Positions 8,765 through 19,223 of a stretch of 64,000 bases of DNA are shown piece after piece; positions within the stretch are counted from its first letter, which is position 1; each line of letters opens with the position of its first letter. A program made the position numbers and the translations under genes. The notes beneath the pieces are model-generated. The model saw only the letters and a list, made by a program, of their open reading frames with translations, was not told the origin of the DNA and searched no databases. The stretch lies in NCBI GenBank assembly GCA_009885955.1, contig VFJS01000042.1:4623-68622 (forward strand), in the 5' to 3' direction. The stretch is from Spirochaetia bacterium (lineage in GTDB: Bacteria > Spirochaetota > UBA4802 > UBA5550).

Positions 8765-9827
8765 AATAAAAGTCCTTATTGTTGATGACTCGGCCCTCAT
8801 GAGGAAGTATCTTACCGATCTGATTGGCAGGTCGAACAAGATAGAAGTGGTTGGTACTGCCATGGATCCCTATATCGCCGTGACCAAGATACAGAAGCTG
8901 AACCCGGACATTATCACCCTTGACATTGAGATGCCCAGGATGGACGGCCTCACGTTTCTGTCGAAGCTCATGATATCCAATCCGATTCCGGTGATCATGG
9001 TCAGCTCCTTGACCGATGCCGGGGCAAAATCGACAATGAAGGCGCTTGAACTCGGAGCCGTGGACTTTGTCCTGAAACCGAATATCAGCGGCAGCGAAGG
9101 GAGTGATGAATTCTCAAAAATGCTTATTGATAAAATCCTGGCCACGGGGAGGCTGAAGCTGAAAAAGAAGATTTCACGGGTGGAGCCCGGGCACGATATA
9201 AAGCATACCGCGGACATCATACTGGAAAAAAAGGATGCCTCCAGGCTTAAAACATCAAGCCAGAAAGTAATAGCCATAGGCGCCTCAACGGGCGGGACAG
9301 AGGTGATTCACAAAATACTTACCGGGCTATCGGAAAATGTGCCCGGCATTGTCATTACCCAGCACATGCCTGAAAAATTCACCGATGCTTTTGCCCGGAG
9401 GGTGGATGCCGCCTCATCCCTTTATGTAAAAGAGGGGGTTCATGGCGAGCGGCTTTACAGGGGTATGGCTATTGTCGCTCCCGGGGGGAAACACATGCTG
9501 CTCAGGTCCGACAGCAGGGGGTACTTTGTGGAAATTAATGAGGGCCCGCCGGTGAACAGGCATAAGCCGTCAGTGGATGTACTTTTCAGATCGGTGAGCC
9601 AGTGCGCCGGATCTTCGGCAACAGGGATCATATGCACCGGTATGGGGAATGACGGGGCTGCCGGGCTCCTCGAGATGAAACAGGCAGGCGCAAAGACCCT
9701 CGCGCAGAGCGAAAGTTCATGCATAGTCTACGGTATGCCGAAAGAGGCCGTGCTGCTGGGGGCTGTTGACATAGAGACCTCTATTGAAGGAATAATTGAA
9801 CAGATCAAAATGATTAATCCCGATTAA
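8757..9827 (+). CDS. cheB: chemotaxis methylesterase CheB (REC + CheB_methylest)
   Basis: REC (KVLIVDDSALMR...DIEMPRMDG) plus a methylesterase domain (GASTGG, GMGNDGA). A GTG at 8757 is proposed as start, overlapping cheD by 8 nt; the ATG at 8706 is an alternative. Confidence 0.85.
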   Translation: MDKIKVLIVDDSALMRKYLTDLIGRSNKIEVVGTAMDPYIAVTKIQKLNPDIITLDIEMPRMDGLTFLSKLMISNPIPVIMVSSLTDAGAKSTMKALELGAVDFVLKPNISGSEGSDEFSKMLIDKILATGRLKLKKKISRVEPGHDIKHTADIILEKKDASRLKTSSQKVIAIGASTGGTEVIHKILTGLSENVPGIVITQHMPEKFTDAFARRVDAASSLYVKEGVHGERLYRGMAIVAPGGKHMLLRSDSRGYFVEINEGPPVNRHKPSVDVLFRSVSQCAGSSATGIICTGMGNDGAAGLLEMKQAGAKTLAQSESSCIVYGMPKEAVLLGAVDIETSIEGIIEQIKMINPD

Positions 9828-9890
9828 TTATTTGACAAATATCCTGCCTTTTTAGCAATTAAATTTGAACAATTTTTTTTCACAGGATAC

Positions 9891-11528
9891 ATGTCATGTG
9901 AGCCCTTTTTCATTAATATGGAGGATCTGATGAGCTTTAAATATCATCTCTTTATCATGATATTTTTCTTTTCACTAATAACATGGAACGGGCCGGTTTC
10001 CATGCATAACCTGCAAGGTATAGAAGGCGGCGGCGCCGAAACAAAGGAGTCTATTCCAGGTAAGGTAATCAGGAAAGGCGAAGGGATCTCAGAAGAGATT
10101 AAAAAGGATAAAAAACTGAAACTCACGGTGGAGCGGGTTGTAGAGTATCTCCTGAAAAACAACCTGGATGTGAAAAAGGTACTCCTGGACTACAAAGGGG
10201 CATCGTCGGAACTCCTGGACTATAAAAGCAAGTATGACATACATGTAATCGCAAACGGCGCATATTCCATAAATGACAACCCCAACAAGGTTCTGGCGCC
10301 TTATTATGGAAAGACTACGACAACGGGAAATGCCGGAGTAGGGCTCCAGAAACAATTCGATACAGGCACAACAGTAACAACGAGTTATACCGGGATATAC
10401 CAGAAGTTCGACGGTTTGAGTAACAGGTCGCCGTTGTTTTTGAGCAACGAAGGGTATCAGTCGGGCATACGGATTGAGGTAAAGCAGGAACTGCTGAAAA
10501 ATTTCATGGGCCAGTCCGACAGGCTCACTGAAAAGAAGCTGGCCAATTCTGAAAAGATGAACAGGCAGGTTGCCAAGTTCAGGCTTGCCGGCCTTCTGGT
10601 GGATGCGGTAATCGGATACTGGAATGTGGCAATAGCTGAGATGAACCTTGAGACCGGGAAAAAGCATCTGGACAGCACCATCGGCATAAGGGACCTTATT
10701 CAGAGGAACCTTAACCTGGGACTTTCCGAAAGGGAGGAGATCCTTGACTGGGACGGCAGGGTTATGGTTAGCAGAAATAATTTTGAGAGGGCAGGCAAGT
10801 TCCTTTTTGACGCCAGGCTTGGAGTCTACAGGATCCTTGACCTTGATTCAGGGCTCGATATCGAGATAGGGAGGACTTTCAGGACCACTCCCCCGGATGT
10901 TGAATATACCCGTGCGGTAAAGGACGCTTTTTTAAAAAGAATCGACTGGGGAAATCAGCAGACCATGGTGAAAAATGCCGAGCTTGAGTACCGGATCACC
11001 TATTCCGATCTCCTGCCGTCTTTGAGGCTGAAACTCTCTGCCGGCAACCAGGATTATGATCCTTTATATTCAAAGACATTCAATTCAGTAAACAGGGATT
11101 ATTCAGCGGGCTTTGAGATGACCTATCCATTGGAAAATACCAGGGCCGAAGTAAAGCTGAGAAATGCCCGCCTTAATTACATGAAGGCCAGTGTGGATAT
11201 GAAGTCCATGGAGAAATCGATAATTGATGAAATCGCATCTCTTGTCAAGGAGTGCGAGATAAGCTTCAGGATCTATGAACAGACAAGGAAGTCCAGGGAA
11301 TATGCCCAGGAGTACTATTACCAGGTTTACAACAAGTTCAGAAGGGGACGGTACAGCGCAGTCCAGCTTAAACTTGCCCAGGACAGCTTTATCTCTTCCG
11401 AGCAGGAGGAGTTGAAGAACCTCATCAATTACAATATATCGCTGCTGAAAAGGGATTTTGCCAGGAATGTGATCTTTGAAAATCTCGGGATCGATATCGA
11501 TGGAATTTTAAAGCGGGCCGATAACTGA
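9891..11528 (+). CDS. TolC/OEP-family outer-membrane efflux protein
   Basis: N-terminal signal-like segment. OEP-type repeats (LTVERVVEYLLKNNLDV...ELLDYKSKYD). Start uncertain (ATGs at 9891, 9918 and 9930). Confidence 0.55.
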   Translation: MSCEPFFINMEDLMSFKYHLFIMIFFFSLITWNGPVSMHNLQGIEGGGAETKESIPGKVIRKGEGISEEIKKDKKLKLTVERVVEYLLKNNLDVKKVLLDYKGASSELLDYKSKYDIHVIANGAYSINDNPNKVLAPYYGKTTTTGNAGVGLQKQFDTGTTVTTSYTGIYQKFDGLSNRSPLFLSNEGYQSGIRIEVKQELLKNFMGQSDRLTEKKLANSEKMNRQVAKFRLAGLLVDAVIGYWNVAIAEMNLETGKKHLDSTIGIRDLIQRNLNLGLSEREEILDWDGRVMVSRNNFERAGKFLFDARLGVYRILDLDSGLDIEIGRTFRTTPPDVEYTRAVKDAFLKRIDWGNQQTMVKNAELEYRITYSDLLPSLRLKLSAGNQDYDPLYSKTFNSVNRDYSAGFEMTYPLENTRAEVKLRNARLNYMKASVDMKSMEKSIIDEIASLVKECEISFRIYEQTRKSREYAQEYYYQVYNKFRRGRYSAVQLKLAQDSFISSEQEELKNLINYNISLLKRDFARNVIFENLGIDIDGILKRADN

Positions 11529-11539
11529 TATTAGTGTGG

Positions 11540-12037
11540 TCACTGTGCCTGAGCTGTAATATAGTCACCGCTCCCTATGATCAGGGAACCTACTGACGTG
11601 GTGGCAGTAAAATTCAATGTATAGATATCTGCTACTGGTGTAATATTTAATGTTGATGTAGAAACGCCGGTATTGGTATACAGGATATTATCCTTTTTTA
11701 TCGTTATTGTATAATTTGCCTGCGATGCAGCTTTATAAATCATGATATTGAAGCTGGTAGATTTGCCGCTCAACTTCGAATCTGCTGCAAAGGCCTCATA
11801 ACTTTCATTGTTCACTGCCCTGTTGACATAGACTGCTGAGCATGTCGATGATGCTGTGCATGATTCATTGATACTTGCATCGGTAAATGAGTATGCCTTG
11901 AGCGTTGATAAAGGCGTACTGAGGGTAAAATCCACTGTATTAAACCCTGTTACCCTTTTGCTGCTGTGGGATTTGGAACAGCCGGAAATAAAAAATGCAG
12001 CAGCTGATATGATGATGATAAATCCTTTTCTGTTCAT
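11540..12037 (-). CDS. hypothetical lipoprotein
   Basis: Signal peptide with lipobox FISGCS. Ser/Thr-rich mature part. Confidence 0.45.
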   Translation of the reverse strand: MNRKGFIIIISAAAFFISGCSKSHSSKRVTGFNTVDFTLSTPLSTLKAYSFTDASINESCTASSTCSAVYVNRAVNNESYEAFAADSKLSGKSTSFNIMIYKAASQANYTITIKKDNILYTNTGVSTSTLNITPVADIYTLNFTATTSVGSLIIGSGDYITAQAQ

Positions 12038-12321
12038 TAAATAGACGGCTGTCCTTATCGATATAAAAAATCAGTTTAGGTCAAAATATATTCTGCCAAT
12101 TATTTTAGTAAATACAAATTTTTTTGGAACAATTAAAAATCCGGAGTTCATTGGCAATTTTTATCCACCCGTTTAATATAAGCGTTGATAATGGCTATTC
12201 TTATCAAATATGATAAAAATTTCATGAGATTATGACTTTTTCTTGACTGAATCATGTTTTTATATTTTAATTGTACAAGCGATATAATTTTTCTGTTATT
12301 TTAGGTTTGAGGAGACATAAA

Positions 12322-12999
12322 TTGAAAAAATTAGCTGTAATAATCATTATTTTGTTCATTGCTGCTACATCTGCCAGGGCTAATATTTTTTTAGATGTAT
12401 TCGGCCTATACAATAATACCGGATATGCCAATAATCAGACTGCCCCTGGCCTTACACCTCCCTCTGTACCAGGATTTGCCGGAGGATTTAATGTAACCAG
12501 GGATGTAAGCCTTATTTTCAGGGGGTATAGCTCCAATCTCATAACAGATAACAATACCTTTGTAACCAGCGGGACATATACGGGGATGCCAAAAGAGAAA
12601 AAATATTACCATAAAGCATACAACGGCGGGTTGGAATATATTTATCCCATAATCATCCCATCTATAGACCAGGGCCTTGGATGGAGGAGTTCGATTCTTG
12701 CAGGATACTCGCAGACTGAAATTAAGAAATCGTCTAAAACAACGGCGACGCCGGCAGAGATAGCTGCAGGGGCATCTGGTTTTTTTAATGAAACCGAAAG
12801 CGACCGGGGATTGGCATTTCAGATAACAACAGGGATTCAGATCAATATTCTTCAGCATTTATCAGCGTTCCTGGACCTTGGTTATCATAAATCATTTTAC
12901 ATGAACGAATTTGAAAAAAAGAATATCAGCGGCTACCAGGTCATGCTGGGCGTCAGGGTTTATGCATTTAAGTTCAGGTCTATAGGTGAGGATTATTAA
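12322..12999 (+). CDS. hypothetical secreted/outer-membrane protein
   Basis: The probable start is the TTG at 12322 with GGAGA 6 nt upstream, giving the signal peptide KKLAVIIIILFIAATSARA. Beta-strand-like Gly/Tyr-rich composition. Confidence 0.4.
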   Translation: MKKLAVIIIILFIAATSARANIFLDVFGLYNNTGYANNQTAPGLTPPSVPGFAGGFNVTRDVSLIFRGYSSNLITDNNTFVTSGTYTGMPKEKKYYHKAYNGGLEYIYPIIIPSIDQGLGWRSSILAGYSQTEIKKSSKTTATPAEIAAGASGFFNETESDRGLAFQITTGIQINILQHLSAFLDLGYHKSFYMNEFEKKNISGYQVMLGVRVYAFKFRSIGEDY

Positions 13000-13033
13000 A
13001 AAATTATTAAAATTTTTCAATTACCTGTTTTTT

Positions 13034-13072
13034 AGAGACTCAGGGATAATTATAACTGAGTCTTTTTATTTG
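13034..13072 (+). terminator. rho-independent terminator (AGACTCAG / CTGAGTCT stem plus T-run)
   Basis: An 8-bp stem and 12-nt loop followed by TTTTTATTT, 35 nt after the stop at 12999. Confidence 0.55.
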
Positions 13073-13307
13073 TATATGGGATCTTATTTTTTAAGGAATC
13101 CGTGTTAAAAATGTCAATTTTATTTTTTTCATTATTTAATGGATGTTTTTATAAAATTGTCAGTTTTTAAAATCAGTTCAGAAAAAAAATTGAAAAAAAT
13201 TTATTAAAAAAGAGGGCGGCCATATAATTTTTATTTTATAAGGAACAAAAACCATTAAAAATGATCATATATATCAGCTAAATTTTATTATAGGAACGAG
13301 GTTTATT

Positions 13308-14111
13308 ATGAATATAAACATTACCGGAAGGCATATCAACATTTCAAACAGGCTCAAAGAATACTCTGAAAAAAAGATAAAAAAACTGGAAAAATATTTT
13401 CATCAGCTCATTGATGCGCACCTTATTATGTATGTGGAAAAGTTAGAGCACGGTGCGGAAATTATAATAAACGGCGATGGCATCCAGTTTCACGGGAGGG
13501 AAAATGCCGCGGATTTTTTTTCCTCTATTGACCTGCTTTTCGAAAAAATGGAGAAGCAGATTGTAAAATTCAAAGAAAAGCATTCATCCCATAAAAATCT
13601 TCCCTATGATGCGGCCATTCCTCTGGAATTTGAAACTGACCTGGGCAAGGTCATCAATCTGTATCAGGTGAGCAACAAGCCCATTGATAAGATTGAGGCC
13701 TATCTCCAGATGAATCTGGATAAAAAGGATTTTATCCTGTTTAAAAAGGGGATAAACAAGCTTGAATCTGATTTTGATTATTCAAATAAGAGCTACGCCG
13801 TCATGTTTAAGGGCAATAAGGGAACAAAGCTGGTAAAAATTCTCTTTGAAAACATGAAGGAGCATAAGATTGACTTTGATAATTTTGTTGAATATGATCT
13901 CCAGGTGCTTGATGACTCCAGGACCAATCCAAATATTGAATTCAGAAAATGCCCGGATTGTTCAATCAGGAAATTTACCCTTGAAGAGGCGATCAGCAAT
14001 ATTGAGGAGTCAAAGGATCCTTTTATGACATTTTTCAATACTGAATCGCAATTTTTTAATATCATCTATAAGTCGGGCAGGGATTTTAATGTGCTTGTGC
14101 CTGCATTTTAA
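13308..14111 (+). CDS. hpf: ribosome hibernation-promoting factor (long HPF) with an extra, duplicated C-terminal domain
   Basis: N-terminal RaiA/HPF domain (MNINITGRHINIS...KLEKYF). A long-HPF CTD-like segment (IDKIEAYLQMNLDKKDFILFKKG...SYAVMFKGNKG). A second CTD-like segment (FTLEEAISNIEESKDPFMTFFNTESQFFNIIYKSGRDFNVLVP). Confidence 0.8.
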   Translation: MNINITGRHINISNRLKEYSEKKIKKLEKYFHQLIDAHLIMYVEKLEHGAEIIINGDGIQFHGRENAADFFSSIDLLFEKMEKQIVKFKEKHSSHKNLPYDAAIPLEFETDLGKVINLYQVSNKPIDKIEAYLQMNLDKKDFILFKKGINKLESDFDYSNKSYAVMFKGNKGTKLVKILFENMKEHKIDFDNFVEYDLQVLDDSRTNPNIEFRKCPDCSIRKFTLEEAISNIEESKDPFMTFFNTESQFFNIIYKSGRDFNVLVPAF

Positions 14112-14140
14112 ATTGATGCACGTATTTTTATAGAACCGCC

Positions 14141-15088
14141 ATGGAAAAAAAACTGATATTAAAAAATCTGCTTGAGAAGGATCATGATATTAAGCTTCGT
14201 ATTATCGCCGGAAGCGGAGGTTTGAATAAAGAGGTTAAGGTGGGTGATATAAACAGGCCCGGCCTGACCCTGGCAGGTTTTTATGATTTTTTTGCCAGTG
14301 AAAGGATGCAGATATTCGGACTGGGCGAGTATGCCTATATGATGAACCTCTCCAGGGAGGAAAAGATGGAGAAGTATGGAAAATTTTTCTCCTTTAATGT
14401 CCTCTGCTGCGTTTTCACACATAATGAAATGCCCGATGACCTGTTCATTGAATATGCAAACCGGGGCAATACACCAGTCTTCATAACCGAGAGCCAGACC
14501 ACCAGGTTTACAACATCCCTGCTCCATATACTCGATGAGTACTTCGCCCCTTGCGTAACCCTTCACGCGACACTGGTTGATGTCTTCGGGATCGGCGTCC
14601 TCCTCTTTGGTAAGAGCGGTGTCGGTAAAAGCGAAACTGCCCTGGAGCTTATAGAGAGGGGCCACAGGCTGGTTGCCGATGACATGGTGACCATAAGAAA
14701 AATCGGCGAAACACTTCTCAGCGGCAGCAGTTCTCCAATGCTTCAGCACCATATGGAAATCAGGGGCCTCGGCATAATCAACGTGAGAGAAATTTTCGGG
14801 ATCAGGTCAGTGAGAAATGAGAAATGGATAGATATCGTGGTGCTGCTGGAGGAATGGGACAGCAAAAAGGAGTATGACAGACTCGGGTTTGAAGAGAGAA
14901 ATTATACAATCCTCGATGTTGAAATCCCCTATATCATAATACCGGTACGGCCCGGCAGAAATATCCCTGTTCTGATTGAAACAGCTTCATTGAACCAGAG
15001 GCTCAAGAAGCACGGCATATTCTCTGCGATTGAATTTGACAAAAGGATTCAGAACTGGGTTCAGGCAGAGGATGTTATCATAAAATGA
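14141..15088 (+). CDS. hprK: HPr kinase/phosphorylase
   Basis: Walker A (GKSGVGKSE) followed by the HprK signature LVADDMV. ATGA overlap with ptsH. Confidence 0.92.
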   Translation: MEKKLILKNLLEKDHDIKLRIIAGSGGLNKEVKVGDINRPGLTLAGFYDFFASERMQIFGLGEYAYMMNLSREEKMEKYGKFFSFNVLCCVFTHNEMPDDLFIEYANRGNTPVFITESQTTRFTTSLLHILDEYFAPCVTLHATLVDVFGIGVLLFGKSGVGKSETALELIERGHRLVADDMVTIRKIGETLLSGSSSPMLQHHMEIRGLGIINVREIFGIRSVRNEKWIDIVVLLEEWDSKKEYDRLGFEERNYTILDVEIPYIIIPVRPGRNIPVLIETASLNQRLKKHGIFSAIEFDKRIQNWVQAEDVIIK

Positions 15089-15351
15089 ATGAGCGTGAGG
15101 TTGTTGTTAAAAGTAATGCCGGCGTCCATGCCAGGCCTGCGATGATGCTTGTCAGAGAGGCAATGAAATTTCCATGCAGCGTAAAATTAATAAAGGGCGA
15201 GGTTGAAGCTGATTGTAAGTCGATAATGTCGGTACTTGGGCTTGCAATCATTACCGGCACCACGCTGAAAATACGGGCAGAGGGTGAAGGGGAGGATGAA
15301 GTTGTTGCGAATATTGTAAAGCTGATTGAGAGTGACTTCAAGGCCAATTGA
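15085..15351 (+). CDS. ptsH: phosphocarrier protein HPr
   Basis: His15 region GVHARPA and Ser46 region KSIMSVLGL. Confidence 0.9.
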   Translation: MNEREVVVKSNAGVHARPAMMLVREAMKFPCSVKLIKGEVEADCKSIMSVLGLAIITGTTLKIRAEGEGEDEVVANIVKLIESDFKAN

Positions 15352-15373
15352 TAATAAATTTTATCCATTCAGC

Positions 15374-17167
15374 ATGAAAAGAATTTTTTATAAAAGCAGA
15401 ATTAAGTTGGATGAAATTGCCCTGGAGGACTTTATTTTTCTTCTTGGAATTTTCATTTTTTTTACCATTCTTATAATCGGCCTGTTTCCCGGGAGTGAAT
15501 CGGGCCTCGTTCTCAACAGGGATTTTTTTATTTTCACAATAATGACCATCCCGATTATTGCCGCCATATACTTTATCGTCATGTCTTTCCGTAGAACGTT
15601 TTACAGGGAATCGATGTTTGTCGATTCAAGCATCAGGAACAAGATGGCCCTTGCCTTTGTGTTTGTTGCCGTTCTTCCCGCCCTCATCATACTCCTTGTT
15701 TCAAATAATTTTATCAACAAGGCATTTACTAATATTTATACTGATAAGACCAGCAGGGCGCTCAGGGAGTCAATAGTTCTCGCCGAGAAAAATATTGACG
15801 ATTTCATAGATATTTTTGAGGATGAATCGGTTTTACTCAGCAGGTCTCTCAAAAATGAAAAAGCCGGTTACATTTTAAGCTGGGATGCGAGGGAGCAGCT
15901 GAGAAAGAAATATGACGCAAAAAATATTTCAATGCTTTTTTTCATGATTGAAAAAAAGGGGAAGTCGGTTGTCTTCAGGGACCTTGACTCCGGCGGTGAA
16001 CAGGACAGCATGAAAAAGGAGATCATTGATTTTGTTGCGACATCTGATTTTTCGGGTACAGACAGGATAGACAGAGTAAATATCGGCGGCAGGGATATTC
16101 TCATAGATTCAATAATTCAAAGCAATATGGCGTTGACCCTTCACCGGGATATCCCTCCGGACATCATCGGGAAGAGGGATTTTTTTATAAGGTCTTTCAC
16201 GGATTACAAAAGGTATGAAACAATAAAGCTTTTTTTCAAGGAGAATGTCGGAATTTTCATGCTTGTGCTTTCTATCGTTATTGTAGTTGTATCGATCCTG
16301 ATAAGCCTCGCCCTGTCTAAAAACATTACCAGGCCGGTCATGGAACTTGTCGACGCAGCCAAACAGCTCTCATACGGGAATTTCAAGATCAGGCTCTACC
16401 GGAAATCTAATGACGAGCTTGGACTTCTCTACAAAGCATTTAACCACATGGTTATGGAGCTGGACGGCAACAAAAGGCTTATGTACCAGAAACAGAAGCT
16501 GGAGGCCTGGCGTGAAATGGCAACAAAGCTCGTTCATGAGATAAAAAATCCCCTGACGCCAATAAGGCTTTCCGCGGAAAGGATGAGGAGAAGGTTTCTT
16601 GAAAACCATAAGGATATTGATACAATTATTGTTTCCGGTTCTGAGACGATCATAGAGGAGGTTGACGCCCTCATGGCCCTTCTCAAGGAGTTCACGAATT
16701 TTGCCAGGCTTCCGGTGATGAAGCCTGAACAGACCGATATAAACCGCCTCGTCGAGAACTGTGTCAATTTTTTTTCCGGCCATGAAAATATTAAATTCAC
16801 GGTAACCATGGACCCCGGAATTTCTCATGCGAATATCGACAAGATCCTCCTGAGGCAGGCAATTACAAATTTGATTCAGAATTCAATTCATGCGGTGAAG
16901 GAGAGAGGAAACATCTCGGTCATTACTGAGCTTGTAGTTGTCAACTACCTGAAACATGTGAGGATCAGGATTTTGGACGACGGGATCGGCATTGATGAAA
17001 GTGAAATAGAGAAGATATTTGAGCCGGGCTATTCAAAAAAGGCGGGAGGAACGGGCCTCGGCCTTCCGATTGTCGAGATGATTGTATTTGAGCACAACGG
17101 CAAAATTTCCTGCAAGTCGGAGAAGGGGAAGGGAGCCGAGTTCTCTATCGATCTTCCAATTGAATAA
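15374..17167 (+). CDS. membrane sensor histidine kinase (HAMP–HisKA–HATPase)
   Basis: Two TM segments. H-box LVHEIKNPLTPI, N-box QAITNLIQNSIHA, and G-boxes DDGIGI and GGTGLGL. Start moved from the track's TTG at 15326 to ATG 15374. Confidence 0.8.
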   Translation: MKRIFYKSRIKLDEIALEDFIFLLGIFIFFTILIIGLFPGSESGLVLNRDFFIFTIMTIPIIAAIYFIVMSFRRTFYRESMFVDSSIRNKMALAFVFVAVLPALIILLVSNNFINKAFTNIYTDKTSRALRESIVLAEKNIDDFIDIFEDESVLLSRSLKNEKAGYILSWDAREQLRKKYDAKNISMLFFMIEKKGKSVVFRDLDSGGEQDSMKKEIIDFVATSDFSGTDRIDRVNIGGRDILIDSIIQSNMALTLHRDIPPDIIGKRDFFIRSFTDYKRYETIKLFFKENVGIFMLVLSIVIVVVSILISLALSKNITRPVMELVDAAKQLSYGNFKIRLYRKSNDELGLLYKAFNHMVMELDGNKRLMYQKQKLEAWREMATKLVHEIKNPLTPIRLSAERMRRRFLENHKDIDTIIVSGSETIIEEVDALMALLKEFTNFARLPVMKPEQTDINRLVENCVNFFSGHENIKFTVTMDPGISHANIDKILLRQAITNLIQNSIHAVKERGNISVITELVVVNYLKHVRIRILDDGIGIDESEIEKIFEPGYSKKAGGTGLGLPIVEMIVFEHNGKISCKSEKGKGAEFSIDLPIE

Positions 17168-17184
17168 GAAAAAGGTAAAATGAT

Positions 17185-18540
17185 ATGTCAAAATTAATGA
17201 TCATAGATGATGAAATTAATATCATAAAGACGCTCAGATCGATCCTTGAGGATGAGGGGTATGACATTGTTTCAGGCGGGAGCGGAAGCGAGGCATTCTC
17301 AATTCTGGAGGGAGGGGACATCGACCTGGCAATACTCGATATCTGGCTGCCTGATATCGACGGGATCGACCTTCTGCAGAAGATTAAGGAGACCAGAGCC
17401 GATCTTGCGGTGATCATGATTTCCGGCCACGGCTCAATAGACATAGCAGTAACATCAACCAAGATGGGGGCCTTTGATTTCATCGTTAAGCCCCCGTCCA
17501 TGGAGAGGGTCATCACATCAGTTAAGAATGCCCTTGAGCAGACAAGGCTCAAAAAAGAAAATTTAAAACTGAAGCGCAAGTCATATGGCGAGGATGATAT
17601 GATCGGCAGCTCGCCAAAAATAATGGAGATACGGGAAATCATTGAAAAGGCTGCGAAGACCAATGCAAGGGTATTCATCACTGGTGAGAGCGGAACCGGG
17701 AAGGAGCTCATTGCAAGGGCAATATACCAGAATTCCAACAGATCGGAGATGCCTTTCGTAAAGGTGAACTGCGCCGCCATCCCCGATGACCTCATAGAGA
17801 GCGAGCTCTTCGGTCATGAAATGGGTGCATTTACCGGGGCTATAAACAGGAGAAAGGGAAAGTTCGAGGTGGCCAACAAGGGTACTATTTTTCTGGATGA
17901 GGTCTGTGACATGAGCCTGTCAGTTCAGGCCAAGGTGCTCAGGGTATTACAAGAGCAGCAGTTCGAGCGTGTCGGCGGGAACGAGGAGGTCAATGTTGAC
18001 GTACGGGTCATAGCTGCAACGAACATTGACATACGAAAGGCCATTGAGGAGAACAAGTTCAGGGAGGACCTCTATTTCAGGCTCAATGTAATACCTATAC
18101 TGGCCCCTTCCCTTGCCGACAGGGCTGAGGATTTACCGTTTCTTGTAGAATATTTCATGAACAAATTCTCGGTGGAGCACGGGATCGGGCTGAAGGATAT
18201 CGATGAACCGGGGATGAATTTTCTTGTCTCCTATGGTTGGCCGGGAAATGTCCGCGAGCTGAAGAATATTATTGAACGCCTCCTCATCATGGTCCCCAGA
18301 GAGGTCATAACCGGGGCGGATATCAAAAAGTACATTGAGTCCTATGATTATGACGACATCATGGGGAAGGAAATATCATCGCTTAAAAATGCTAGGCAGG
18401 ATTTTGAAAAAAATTACATCATCACTGTTCTGAGAAAAAATGACAGGAATATAACACAGGCCTCAAAGGATCTTGGAATAGAGAGGACCAATCTGCACAG
18501 AAAGATTAAACTCTACAATATTGATCTCGATAAGATATAG
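17185..18540 (+). CDS. sigma-54-dependent response regulator (NtrC family)
   Basis: REC domain. AAA+ domain (GESGTGKE, GAFTGA, ESELFGHE). C-terminal Fis-type HTH. Confidence 0.92.
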   Translation: MSKLMIIDDEINIIKTLRSILEDEGYDIVSGGSGSEAFSILEGGDIDLAILDIWLPDIDGIDLLQKIKETRADLAVIMISGHGSIDIAVTSTKMGAFDFIVKPPSMERVITSVKNALEQTRLKKENLKLKRKSYGEDDMIGSSPKIMEIREIIEKAAKTNARVFITGESGTGKELIARAIYQNSNRSEMPFVKVNCAAIPDDLIESELFGHEMGAFTGAINRRKGKFEVANKGTIFLDEVCDMSLSVQAKVLRVLQEQQFERVGGNEEVNVDVRVIAATNIDIRKAIEENKFREDLYFRLNVIPILAPSLADRAEDLPFLVEYFMNKFSVEHGIGLKDIDEPGMNFLVSYGWPGNVRELKNIIERLLIMVPREVITGADIKKYIESYDYDDIMGKEISSLKNARQDFEKNYIITVLRKNDRNITQASKDLGIERTNLHRKIKLYNIDLDKI

Positions 18541-18549
18541 GACGGGATT

Positions 18550-19185
18550 ATGCTATCGTCAATGTTAAAGCTCAGAATTTCAGGAAGGCTTATCCCCTGT
18601 TTCAGAGGGAGTGACGAGCTTGACTACCTGCACAGCTGGCTCCGCGGCCGGGAGACTGACGCCCCGGAGAAATCCGGGCCTGTTGACATTCCTGCAATGA
18701 TAAAAGGATGCAGCATATGCGGTGACGGACTTGAAAAAAAAGCCGGCATCGGCAGCGGAAACAGCAGGGTCATTATTATCCTGAACCATCCCAGCCTTGT
18801 GAGCATGGATGAAAGAGAGAGGTACAGGAAAGAATCATCAGAGATGATGAAAAAAATGATACACTCCATCGGACTTGACTACAGGGAATGCTATATGACC
18901 AACCTTATTAAATGCGAAATCAGGGATTCCTTTCTCAAACCGAGCAGCCTTCTGGATGCGTGCAGGGGCCTCCTTTGCGCCGAGATTAACAGCATGGACC
19001 CCCTTGTTGCCATTGTTATGGGCGACATAATCCCCATGCAGAAGATTGTATCAGAGTTTTCCGGAATTGCATGGTTCAATGTGGATCACCCGGTGACACT
19101 TATAAAGAATTTAGAATTAAAAAAACGCGCCTGGAGCACCCTGAAGCTTGTCATGGGTAAGCTTGATGAACTTAACCTCCGGTAA
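18550..19185 (+). CDS. uracil-DNA glycosylase superfamily protein (family 4-like, divergent motif A)
   Basis: CSIC motif, TNLIKC (resembles family-4 motif TNxVKCRP) and C-terminal HP; GIGSGN...NHPS occupies the position of GEGP...GEAPG. Confidence 0.45.
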   Translation: MLSSMLKLRISGRLIPCFRGSDELDYLHSWLRGRETDAPEKSGPVDIPAMIKGCSICGDGLEKKAGIGSGNSRVIIILNHPSLVSMDERERYRKESSEMMKKMIHSIGLDYRECYMTNLIKCEIRDSFLKPSSLLDACRGLLCAEINSMDPLVAIVMGDIIPMQKIVSEFSGIAWFNVDHPVTLIKNLELKKRAWSTLKLVMGKLDELNLR

Positions 19186-19223
19186 CAGATTTCACATTAT
19201 CTCATTTCAGGAATAGACTGACC

